From contig CAZCRK010000002.1 in the NCBI GenBank assembly GCA_964501035.1, positions 1-64,000 on the forward strand: a stretch of DNA of 64,000 nt, read 5' to 3'. A program made the translations under genes and the position numbers. Each line of letters starts with the position of its first letter. Position 1 is the stretch's first letter. A model generated the notes under the pieces. The model searched no databases and was not told the origin of the DNA. It worked only from the letters and a program-made list of their open reading frames with translations. Shown here piece by piece: positions 19,845 to 28,635 of this stretch.

Positions 19845-20028
19845 AATTTGTTAAAATGATTCTTTCATATTTGAGTGATTCTTCACCAAAGTTGATTAAT
19901 ATTCCAAGTTCTATACCGGTTACTTTCAAATAGTTAATAACCTGGGCTTTTTCAATATCACCTAACTTCTTGACTTATTTAAGTTCAAGTATTATTTTAC
20001 AGGCTAATTCTTTGTGAATTAATGTCAT
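19843..20028 (-). pseudogene. GxxExxY-family protein remnant with internal deletion and stop
   Basis: Translates MTLIHKELACKIILELK*VKKLGDIEKAQVINYLKVTGIELGILINFGEESLKYERIILTN; both termini match the family and the central half is missing. Confidence 0.85.
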
Positions 20029-20040
20029 TTCATTTTTCTT

Positions 20041-20066
20041 TCGCGAAATTAGCGTAATTTGTGGTT
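20041..20066. repeat. 9-nt-period repeat arm (right IR of cassette 1)
   Basis: Reverse complement AACCACAAATTACGCTAATTTCGCGA. Confidence 0.8.
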
Positions 20067-20071
20067 CAGTT

Positions 20072-20602
20072 TTATTTAAATGGTTCGAAACTCACAAAAT
20101 CTGCGTGATGTACTATGATAGATTCAGTGGTTCGTTTGCCTAAATCACCTTCTTTTGAATGTGTTCCAATAATATGTTGGATTTCTGGTGATAAATCAAA
20201 TCGTGCTGCAACGGCTAAACCACTGAATGGATGTCGTACAATTTTACCATAATTTGAAGTGGTTAATTTTCCATCTACAATTTCGTATTCAAACAATTTG
20301 CCAATGTCAATTAAGATTGCACCTGAAATGAGTGTATCCATATCAATTTCAATTTCATCACCAAAATTATCTTGCATTCGTTTGGCAATATCCACTGATA
20401 AATGCACACAAGTGCGTTTATGATTCATAAATGACACATTACAGTCTTTAATGAGCAAGGAAAACGGAATCGTTTCCAAATCTTCTGGAGTTAATACCGA
20501 GTTTTCGATTGCCCACACCCACGCATCAAGTGTTTTCTGTTTTATGGTTTCATCTTTAATCCAGTTTATTTCTGGCCATATTTTTAGTACTTGTTCTTTC
20601 AT
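20072..20602 (-). CDS. HD/HDIG-domain protein with degenerate HD motif
   Basis: MNHKR..., GAILIDIGK (ID in place of HD), RHPFSG, HIIGTHS, HHADF. Confidence 0.8.
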   Translation of the reverse strand: MKEQVLKIWPEINWIKDETIKQKTLDAWVWAIENSVLTPEDLETIPFSLLIKDCNVSFMNHKRTCVHLSVDIAKRMQDNFGDEIEIDMDTLISGAILIDIGKLFEYEIVDGKLTTSNYGKIVRHPFSGLAVAARFDLSPEIQHIIGTHSKEGDLGKRTTESIIVHHADFVSFEPFK

Positions 20603-20620
20603 TTCATTTTCTCCTTTTTT

Positions 20621-20640
20621 ACCCGCGAATGTCGCGAATT
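20621..20640. repeat. 9-nt-period repeat arm (left IR of cassette 2)
   Basis: ACCCGCGAATGTCGCGAATT; inverted partner at 20845-20871. Confidence 0.7.
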
Positions 20641-20832
20641 CATTTTGAAATTTCGGATTCTAATTTTCTAACCAACTTATTGTATTGTCCCTTACTTAGA
20701 TATATTCGATGATAGGGATTCTCCAAAGTTTGCTTAAGGTCTTTTTTTATGATCAAACTGCCATTCTACAATTTGTTGAGTTTCTAAGTTCACATCCACA
20801 ACATATCTTATATCTTTAGTCTCTTTTTGCAT
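20640..20832 (-). pseudogene. small hypothetical gene (63 aa) interrupted by a +1 frameshift in an A7 run
   Basis: Removing one A gives MQKETKDIRYVVDVNLETQQIVEWQFDHKKDLKQTLENPYHRIYLSKGQYNKLVRKLESEISK*; preceded by purine-rich GAGAAG. Confidence 0.6.
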
Positions 20833-20844
20833 TATATCTTCTCT

Positions 20845-20871
20845 TTAGCGAAATTAGTGTAATTCGCGGTT
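20845..20871. repeat. 9-nt-period repeat arm (right IR of cassette 2)
   Basis: Reverse complement AACCGCGAATTACACTAATTTCGCTAA, abutting the citF stop codon. Confidence 0.8.
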
Positions 20872-22433
20872 TACTTCTTTACTTTAAATATTGAATCAAT
20901 GACGGTTCCGTCCACCCATTTGACCACACCAACGACTTCATCAGTAAATTCTGGTTTTTGAGGTGCACCACCAAGCATATCATCCACTTCTGCTTTAATA
21001 TCTTCAATGGTTCGTATGGGTAAACCACTATGTTTGGTTGCTTCAATTAAATCTTGTCGTAATGGATTGATTGCTATTCCACGCTCAGTTACAATTACAT
21101 CAATAAGTTCACCTGGTCCAACTATTGTCGTAACTTCATCAACAATAATAGGAAGTCGATTTCTAAATGATGGAATAGGTAAAATGGTGCATTTTGAGAA
21201 TAAACAATTTTGCCAACCACCAATACCGTGCAACATTTGACCATCAGAATGTGTTACCACATTTGCATTAAAATTCACATCTACTTCCGTTGCACCTAAA
21301 ACAACTGCATCAAGTATTCCAGCAAAATTACCTTTTCCGTGCCAATTATAAGATGTAAATGGAGATGTATTTTGATGTCCACCGTTTTCTCGCATTGACC
21401 GTACACCATCTAAATCAAAAGTTTGCCCATCTAGGATATAGTCGGTTAATCCTTCTTCTAACATTTCAACCAAATATTTATTGGACCCACCTCTAATAAA
21501 TCGTGCTTTGATATTGGCTTCTTTCATCATTTCTTTTAGGTATATTGCAAATGCAAGAGATGTTCCACCTGCACCTGCTTGAAACGAGAATCCATCTTTC
21601 AGAATTCCTGCTTCCCTCACAAACTTTGCAGTGAGTTCAGCAATAAAAAGTCTATCGGGTGATTTAGTGAGTTTGGTTGTTCCTGACACAATTTTTTCAG
21701 GTTCACCGATTTTATCCAGAACAACAACATAATCTACATTTTGCCCTTGAATCTGCCACGGTACACATGGGAAGGGTACTAAATTATCTGTTACTACAAT
21801 CACTTTATCAGCATACATTGAATCTACTAGTCCAAACCCGAGTAAACCGCATGCTGAGGGACCGCGATCACCCGTTGCATTTCCCATCATATCAGCGGTC
21901 GGTGTGGCGATAACAGCAATATCAATATGTACTTCACCATCTTGTACAGCTTGCCAACGACCTCCATGAGATCTCAAAACTGCCAATCCGTCCATATTAC
22001 CTTCAGAAGCATTTTTACCAAGTGGACCGTTTAACGATCCTTCAATATGATGAATCACTCCATTATTCATATGCTCTATCATTGGTTTGTGACATGGAAA
22101 TGCAGCAGATGGAAACCACATCAAATCTTTAACACCCTTTTCAGATGCGATATCAAAAACTTGATTCATGACTAAATCACCATTTCTGAAATGATGGTGC
22201 GATGAAACAGTCATTCCATCTTTGAGTCCGCATTTTTCCAAAGCTACTTGCAATGAATCCACAATTTTGTTTCCATCTAATGGATAATCATTACATGAAC
22301 TGATTGGAGGAGCAGCCTTGGTGCCTGTTGGTGAATGTTTACCCACACCTTTAAAAGGTATTGTCTTTTTTCCATTCACTTCTGTTGGAACCATTCTTCC
22401 AACTGCATTTTTTACTAAATCTAATCCTTCCAT
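20871..22433 (-). CDS. citF: citrate lyase alpha subunit-like (CoA/ACP transferase)
   Basis: GLKDGMTVSSHHHFRNGD, RSHGGR, FSFQAGAGG, LGATEVDVNFNANV, TERGIAINP, DGTVIDSI. Confidence 0.9.
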   Translation of the reverse strand: MEGLDLVKNAVGRMVPTEVNGKKTIPFKGVGKHSPTGTKAAPPISSCNDYPLDGNKIVDSLQVALEKCGLKDGMTVSSHHHFRNGDLVMNQVFDIASEKGVKDLMWFPSAAFPCHKPMIEHMNNGVIHHIEGSLNGPLGKNASEGNMDGLAVLRSHGGRWQAVQDGEVHIDIAVIATPTADMMGNATGDRGPSACGLLGFGLVDSMYADKVIVVTDNLVPFPCVPWQIQGQNVDYVVVLDKIGEPEKIVSGTTKLTKSPDRLFIAELTAKFVREAGILKDGFSFQAGAGGTSLAFAIYLKEMMKEANIKARFIRGGSNKYLVEMLEEGLTDYILDGQTFDLDGVRSMRENGGHQNTSPFTSYNWHGKGNFAGILDAVVLGATEVDVNFNANVVTHSDGQMLHGIGGWQNCLFSKCTILPIPSFRNRLPIIVDEVTTIVGPGELIDVIVTERGIAINPLRQDLIEATKHSGLPIRTIEDIKAEVDDMLGGAPQKPEFTDEVVGVVKWVDGTVIDSIFKVKK

Positions 22434-23620
22434 TTTTCCCCTAACATTCCTGATGCTATTGCTAAGTTAACAGTATGAATTGCCCGTTTTACGACTGGCG
22501 GATCAATCATTTTTGAACCAAGTGAAACCACTCCTAATCCTTTTGCTTCTGCTTCATCAAACGCCAGTACAATTTTCTTTGCTTTTTCGATTTCAGATTC
22601 TGATGGAGTAAATTCTTCGTTTATTGGATTAATTTGTCGTGGATGAATGCATCCCTTACCATCAAAACCAAGTGATTTTGCTTCCTGAACAGATGCTCTT
22701 AATCCTTCTTCATCATTTACATCAGAGAACACAGTATCTATCGGTTGTATTCCTGTCGCTCGCGCTGCATTCACCAACATTGAGCGCGCAAAAAATGACT
22801 CATTACCTTTATGGGTTCGTTGAGTTCCAATATCTGCTGTATAGTCTTCAAGTCCAATCGCTAATGCCACATTATGTTTGCTGGCTTGAGCAATGGATAG
22901 AGCATTTAAAATTCCGAGTGCTGATTCTAAAATTGGCATCAAGTAAACAGGTTTTGAGCGTCCGCATTTTTTCATCACTTCTGAAATTTTGTTGTCAAAC
23001 TTATGTAGTTCTTCAGGAGTTTCAATTTTAGGGATTAAAATTAAATGAACATTATGTGGGACAATTGCTTCGATATCTTGTAATCCCAATTCACCTTGAT
23101 TGATTCTCACCATTCGTTCAGCGCCAAAAAAGTCAAGTGTTCTAAGTGCATTTCGCACAATAAACCGAGCCGACATTTTTTCTGATGGTGCTACAGAATC
23201 CTCCAAATCCAAAATGATACCATCCGGTTTGTGAATTCCTGCATTCATCATTAATTTTGGTTGTGAACCGGGTAAATATAATCTACTTCGTCTAAATCTA
23301 TCGCGAGTAGAATTATATGTACAATGTTCCTTCATTTCAGGGAGTGACTCTAGTTTTAAGCCTGGGTGGGCTGATTTTACTGTGGCTTCAATACGTGCCT
23401 TCAATACAAAATACTGTCCGCCATTATCCTTGATTAAAAACGTACCGGATGTAATGCCTAAATCCTTCAATGTAGAATGCACAACTTCTGTTAGTTTTAT
23501 GTCATGGAGTATTTTTGTTTTAGAAATGATATCTATCTGAAGTTTATCAGATGTATTTGGAGTGTATGAAATAAAAAAATCAGATTTTGTATTTTCATTA
23601 CCGCTTGTATAGGTATTCAT
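22421..23620 (-). CDS. citE: fused CitD-like acyl carrier protein + CitE-like acyl-CoA lyase
   Basis: N-terminal ~80 aa resemble CitD (G...KSD, IKDNGG..FVLKARIE); then RRSRLYLPG, LDLEDSVAP, GLEDY, GFDGKGCIHPRQI, KMIDPPV. Confidence 0.88.
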   Translation of the reverse strand: MNTYTSGNENTKSDFFISYTPNTSDKLQIDIISKTKILHDIKLTEVVHSTLKDLGITSGTFLIKDNGGQYFVLKARIEATVKSAHPGLKLESLPEMKEHCTYNSTRDRFRRSRLYLPGSQPKLMMNAGIHKPDGIILDLEDSVAPSEKMSARFIVRNALRTLDFFGAERMVRINQGELGLQDIEAIVPHNVHLILIPKIETPEELHKFDNKISEVMKKCGRSKPVYLMPILESALGILNALSIAQASKHNVALAIGLEDYTADIGTQRTHKGNESFFARSMLVNAARATGIQPIDTVFSDVNDEEGLRASVQEAKSLGFDGKGCIHPRQINPINEEFTPSESEIEKAKKIVLAFDEAEAKGLGVVSLGSKMIDPPVVKRAIHTVNLAIASGMLGEKWKD

Positions 23621-23716
23621 CTAACCCTCTCATTATGTTCAAGTATATGTTTTTTTGGTTTAAACATATAGGGAAAATTTCACAAGAATAGATATATATA
23701 AAAAGAAAAATATAAC

Positions 23717-23745
23717 AAAAAGCACCGAAAAAATCGATGCTTTTT
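23717..23745 (-). terminator. intrinsic terminator after pepF
   Basis: Minus strand AAAAAGCATCG-loop-CGGTGCTTTTT directly after the stop. Confidence 0.7.
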
Positions 23746-23751
23746 ATATTG

Positions 23752-25554
23752 TTACTCATCAATAAGTGTTTCTAATTGGTCAATTAAAGATTCAATGAAT
23801 TTGACGCTTTTCCTCCAAAAGTTTGCATCATTAATATCTATACCCAATCCAGATGTTAACTCTGTTGGGCTTGCAGATCCACCAGAAGCTAAGAACTCCT
23901 TAAACTTAGGAATAAAATTATCACCTTCATCCAAGAATTGTTGATATAATGCTAACACCAACAGATTAGCAAAATTGTATGCATACACATAAAATGGTAC
24001 ATTTAACATATGAGGGATAGTTGACCATTCCCAATCATATTCATCGGTATATTCAACTGCATCACCAAACATTAACTCAAGTTCTTTACGATACAAACCA
24101 CATAATTCATCTGATGAAGCTAGTTTATTTGAAATTAAATCATGTGAAGCAATTTCAAATCTACTAAACATATTTTGTCTATGACTTGTTGCAAAAATAT
24201 CTTCAAGCTTGCTCGTTAATAGTGTCATTTTTGTTGATTTATCTAAATCTTGATTTAACAACATATTAGTTAACACCATTTCAGAGAAAACTGAAGCTGT
24301 TTCTGCAAGTGGTAGTATTGAATGATAGTTAAACAATGATTGCTTGCTTGCAAGCATTGCATGAATTGCATGCCCTAACTCATGAGCCATTGTTGAAACA
24401 TCTCTTAGATTTCCAGTAAAATTCAGTAACACATAGGGTTTTACATCTGGACTTGAGCTAGAACAAAAAGCACCGCCACGTTTATTTGCTACAGCTGGTG
24501 CATCTATTCTTTGTTCATCAAACATAGACTTTGCCATTTCATAAAAATCATCATCAAATGACTTGAATGCATCCAAAACTAGTTGTTTTGATTCTTCATA
24601 CGAATATTTTTTTGATACATCCGGCAACGGTGCATAGATATCAGCTAAAGTTAGTTTTTCTAAACCTAACATTTTCTTTTTCAGCTTATAGTATCGTTGA
24701 ACCAAAGAATACGACTCCGTTGTAACATCTATGAGCGCTTGAACTGACTTATCATCTAAATCATTGTTAATATTCATCACACTAATAGGTGAGGGATAGT
24801 TTCGAGTATCTTTATTAATGTTGAAATCTTTAATGATATTATTGAAAATATTCGTAAAAATCAACTTATTATCTTTGAAAGTATCTAAAACTGTTTTCAT
24901 TGCACGTTGTCTAACTTTTGCATCAGGGTGCTGTCTTAATGCACGAATTTCTTCTAACGTCATTTTTTTTGTTTTACCATCAATCTCAAAATCAAATGAA
25001 AAGTTAGATGTAAACTCACCATATAATTTTTTAAAAGCATTTTTCCCTGTAATGTTTTTCAAGGTTGATAATTGCTCTTCTTTTTCAGATAGATTATATT
25101 TTTGAGTTTTTCTAGTTTGTTCGAGTGAATATTTATAATTAGACAAAACCGCTGAATTTTCTAATGTTTCTAAATTATCCAGTTTAGCTAATTCTAGGTT
25201 AAAGAATACCAATTGATTTGATATATTTGATAGTTTTTCTTCAACAGACATTTCTAATGTTTTAGTAACATCATCACTCGTATTAACTGAAACCGCAAGT
25301 CCAGAAAATTGACTGATTTTATATAAAGGGGTGAAAATGCTTTCAAATTTTTCAAATGCATCTTTAAGATCAGTATCTGATAGTGTGTTTAATTTTCCTT
25401 TATAATCTTCAGCAAACTGCTTTGCTTCTTTGACTCCATTATTCAGTACGGCTTCAATTTTTGGATCACCAATTCCATTACATAAATCAGTTAAATCCCA
25501 TCGTACATTCTCAGCACCTGTTTTTTGAGCATTTTTAGTTAATATTTCTGTCAT
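23752..25554 (-). CDS. pepF: oligoendopeptidase F (M3B)
   Basis: RWDLTDL, KRGGAFCS, TMAHELGHAIH, AETASVFSE, FYVYAY. Confidence 0.92.
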   Translation of the reverse strand: MTEILTKNAQKTGAENVRWDLTDLCNGIGDPKIEAVLNNGVKEAKQFAEDYKGKLNTLSDTDLKDAFEKFESIFTPLYKISQFSGLAVSVNTSDDVTKTLEMSVEEKLSNISNQLVFFNLELAKLDNLETLENSAVLSNYKYSLEQTRKTQKYNLSEKEEQLSTLKNITGKNAFKKLYGEFTSNFSFDFEIDGKTKKMTLEEIRALRQHPDAKVRQRAMKTVLDTFKDNKLIFTNIFNNIIKDFNINKDTRNYPSPISVMNINNDLDDKSVQALIDVTTESYSLVQRYYKLKKKMLGLEKLTLADIYAPLPDVSKKYSYEESKQLVLDAFKSFDDDFYEMAKSMFDEQRIDAPAVANKRGGAFCSSSSPDVKPYVLLNFTGNLRDVSTMAHELGHAIHAMLASKQSLFNYHSILPLAETASVFSEMVLTNMLLNQDLDKSTKMTLLTSKLEDIFATSHRQNMFSRFEIASHDLISNKLASSDELCGLYRKELELMFGDAVEYTDEYDWEWSTIPHMLNVPFYVYAYNFANLLVLALYQQFLDEGDNFIPKFKEFLASGGSASPTELTSGLGIDINDANFWRKSVKFIESLIDQLETLIDE

Positions 25555-25570
25555 AATATCCTTCTTCTAT

Positions 25571-26830
25571 TTAGTTTAGTTTAAAACTTGAAAACCAGTT
25601 TTTCATAAATGATGTTGATTTGCCTCTTTCTTGGAACATAATCAAGATTGCTGTTAATAGTATGCTAAAGAAAATTACACCGTAAACAATAGCTCTTATT
25701 TCTTCAAACATAACTAAATAATGATCTTCGAAACCCATATGCATTGGAACCTCAGCAAGCACTGCTGCAGCCAATCCTTTTGGAACAATCATTGATATTA
25801 ATGATGCATCCAGCACTGTGGTATTTTTGTTTACAATAATGCGTGTTAAAACTAATCTACTACCATAAATTAGAAATGTTAGAATCAGTGCAAACAATAA
25901 TATTTTTACTTCTCCAAATTGAATTGAAATACCTAGAAAAATAAAGAAAAATGTTTTAACTAAGAAAATAACTTCTGAAAAAAGTGTCTTTTCTATATTG
26001 GTAAACTCAACTAGGTGATCAGTGCCAAATTTTTGAATAAAATGTAATGGAATTTTTTGAGAATTTGCAAGAACCAGTCCAAAAACAAGAATTGCAAGAG
26101 GACCACTATATCCCAAACTTTCAGAAAAACCATAAAGGATGAAAGTAAATGCTAAGGAAGTAAAAATTGTATTAGGGAATTTTCGTAGTTTTTCTAAAAT
26201 AGCTGACCAGATTAACGCACCACCAAAACCCACAAGAAGCGACATAGCCATGGTTGCTATTAAATTAGTGCCTATAAATTCAACCAATGAGGTTTGTCCA
26301 AATTGAAATGCTTTAAGAACTCCCAAAGCCAAAACAATACTCAATACATCTGTAATTGCCGATTCTACAACAAGTAAGGATTTTGTTTTTTCTGATACGT
26401 TTAACATTTTAACAATTGGAACAACAACTGCAGGGGATATACTGCCTAAAACTGCACCAGTAAAGAATGCAGGTAGGATTCCTCCACCAAAAACATAATA
26501 AATGGTGCAAGCTGAAATTACAAAAGTGAAAATAAAAGTTGACACAGCAAGTGAAACACAATTTTTTAATGTAGTTCTTAATACATCTAACGTTAAATGG
26601 CTACCGCCTTCAAATAACATGAGTATTAATGCAATAGCACTTAAAAGTGGTCCCACATAACCAAAATCGTTTACAGATACAATGTTAAACATTGTTGGAC
26701 CTATAATAATTCCCAAAATGATTAATGGAAGTACATCAGGTATTTTGGTGCGTTCAAAAATAGCTGTAAACAAATGTGCAGCAAAAATAATAAGTCCTAC
26801 CGAGAGTACGAAAGGTGCTATATTTTCCAA
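25571..26830 (-). CDS. cation:proton antiporter (CPA)
   Basis: About 12 TM segments, LFEGG, ESAITD, PKGLAAAVLA. Confidence 0.88.
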   Translation of the reverse strand: MENIAPFVLSVGLIIFAAHLFTAIFERTKIPDVLPLIILGIIIGPTMFNIVSVNDFGYVGPLLSAIALILMLFEGGSHLTLDVLRTTLKNCVSLAVSTFIFTFVISACTIYYVFGGGILPAFFTGAVLGSISPAVVVPIVKMLNVSEKTKSLLVVESAITDVLSIVLALGVLKAFQFGQTSLVEFIGTNLIATMAMSLLVGFGGALIWSAILEKLRKFPNTIFTSLAFTFILYGFSESLGYSGPLAILVFGLVLANSQKIPLHFIQKFGTDHLVEFTNIEKTLFSEVIFLVKTFFFIFLGISIQFGEVKILLFALILTFLIYGSRLVLTRIIVNKNTTVLDASLISMIVPKGLAAAVLAEVPMHMGFEDHYLVMFEEIRAIVYGVIFFSILLTAILIMFQERGKSTSFMKNWFSSFKLN

Positions 26831-26887
26831 TAGTTCTCCTTTTTCTTAAATTCTTTTGACGGAGAAAAAACACCCTTGTTCCATGAT

Positions 26888-27802
26888 TTATTCTTCCGCA
26901 TGCTTACCTTCAGTAATATTATTGTAAAATCTAGTTGTTGGATATGCAAAATCAATGTCCTTATGTTCTGCAAATTCAATCAATACATCTTCCCAAATTT
27001 CTTGTTCGCTTTTCCGTCGTTTTCGTGGATTACACAAGTATCGGATTGTTAGATTTATTCCACAATCTTCTACTTTAGTATATACTTCTGGTTTAAACTG
27101 AGGCATCAAAATCATAAATTGTTTTGACGTTTCTTTTAACCGTTTTGTAGCTGCCTTTGTCAAATGGGCTGCATGCTTTGTACCAATCTTTTCCAGAATA
27201 TCTTTTCCTTTTTCCCAATCACTTTCAAAAGTGAGTAGTACAGGAATTTCATTCCAAATATATTTAAATCCTTTACCGTAATTGGCCACTGTTTCTATAA
27301 ACAATTTACCATTAGGTATATGAATAATTCTTCCGGTACTTTGGTCTGCGTCAACCCAGTTACCTATTTCCATTAATGTAAATTTAAATAAATTTACATC
27401 AATAACATCTCCAGCATGCTCGCCAATTTGAACTCGATCACCAACTTCTAGTGGTGACCTCCATAAGATAAATAGAAAACCAAAAATATTTGTAATAGGG
27501 TCTTTTAAAGAAATCGCGATACCTGCAGATAAAAGTCCCAAATATGTTGCAATAGATTGAACCCCTTTAAACCATATACGACCAATAATTATAAATCCCA
27601 GAATAAATACAACATAGCTTGAAATTTTATTCCATTGGTATCGTACTTTTATATTCTCTGTACGATTCATTACGAGTTTGAGAATAATTCTTCTAATTAT
27701 AAAAAAGAGTAAAATTGCTAGAATTGAAGCAATAATCTTGACCTGGATAGAAGAATAGGTGAAAAATTTTGTTAGCCAATGAAGCTCTGTATTAATGCCC
27801 AT
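26888..27802 (-). CDS. small-conductance mechanosensitive channel (MscS family)
   Basis: LGLLSAGIAISLKDPITN, VGDRVQIG, IHIPNG, DFAYPT. Confidence 0.9.
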   Translation of the reverse strand: MGINTELHWLTKFFTYSSIQVKIIASILAILLFFIIRRIILKLVMNRTENIKVRYQWNKISSYVVFILGFIIIGRIWFKGVQSIATYLGLLSAGIAISLKDPITNIFGFLFILWRSPLEVGDRVQIGEHAGDVIDVNLFKFTLMEIGNWVDADQSTGRIIHIPNGKLFIETVANYGKGFKYIWNEIPVLLTFESDWEKGKDILEKIGTKHAAHLTKAATKRLKETSKQFMILMPQFKPEVYTKVEDCGINLTIRYLCNPRKRRKSEQEIWEDVLIEFAEHKDIDFAYPTTRFYNNITEGKHAEE

Positions 27803-28514
27803 TTATATCCTTTTGTTTATAATGAATGATAAATGCTTCAATTGAATGTCTGCTTAAATATGTTGAAATTAATGCCATTATGAGGGAGGGAATATACACA
27901 GTTCCAAATAGAATTGTAAACAATGGTGTTTGGGAATACACAATTGCCAGGAAGATAAAAAACAACCACAGTTCTATTCTCATCCAAATGCTTAAGGGTT
28001 TCAGCAGCCAAGTATGTCCTATAGGGTGAGACATTATTGTGCGCATCAAAATGTATCCATAAAGTCTAAACAAAATAAATTCCAAAACCATTAGTAATTG
28101 GTGAATTATGTTCGGAATATCTGCAAAAAACCATATATCAAAATGTGATACGGGTAATGGCCATAAAAAGTGAATACTTCTAAACCACAAGAATGTATCC
28201 AATACTATGTGAGAAAGCATGCCGATAACAATGCCTTTCCCAATAATTTTAAGATTAGGATTTTTTCTAACTTCACTCAGTATAGCAAAGACCAAAAATA
28301 AAATCAAGCACGTAAATATACTATGGGAAAACGTTCTATGATATAATGAAATGGGGTTCTCAACATTGGTAAAGATGGTTGCAAAAGCAACAATAATTGA
28401 ATCAAGGTCTGGTAAAATAGAACCAAAAATGATAGAGGTATATAGCCATTTCTCTTTTGGAAATAGTTTAGAAAATCCAAAGCCAACAATTGCATGAATT
28501 CCTGCTTGTGGCAT
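27792..28514 (-). CDS. membrane-bound metal-dependent hydrolase (YdjM-like)
   Basis: IHAI, GSILPDLD, HRTFSHS, SHIVLD, FLWPL. Confidence 0.82.
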   Translation of the reverse strand: MPQAGIHAIVGFGFSKLFPKEKWLYTSIIFGSILPDLDSIIVAFATIFTNVENPISLYHRTFSHSIFTCLILFLVFAILSEVRKNPNLKIIGKGIVIGMLSHIVLDTFLWFRSIHFLWPLPVSHFDIWFFADIPNIIHQLLMVLEFILFRLYGYILMRTIMSHPIGHTWLLKPLSIWMRIELWLFFIFLAIVYSQTPLFTILFGTVYIPSLIMALISTYLSRHSIEAFIIHYKQKDINGH

Positions 28515-28635
28515 ATCTTAATTTTTAAGTGGTGAAATCACAACGGAAATTTAAGGTAAATCACATGCAGGATTAAACATATTTACACATTGGATTTTAT
28601 GGTTAAATTTAATTGCAATATAAATGGTTACGTGA

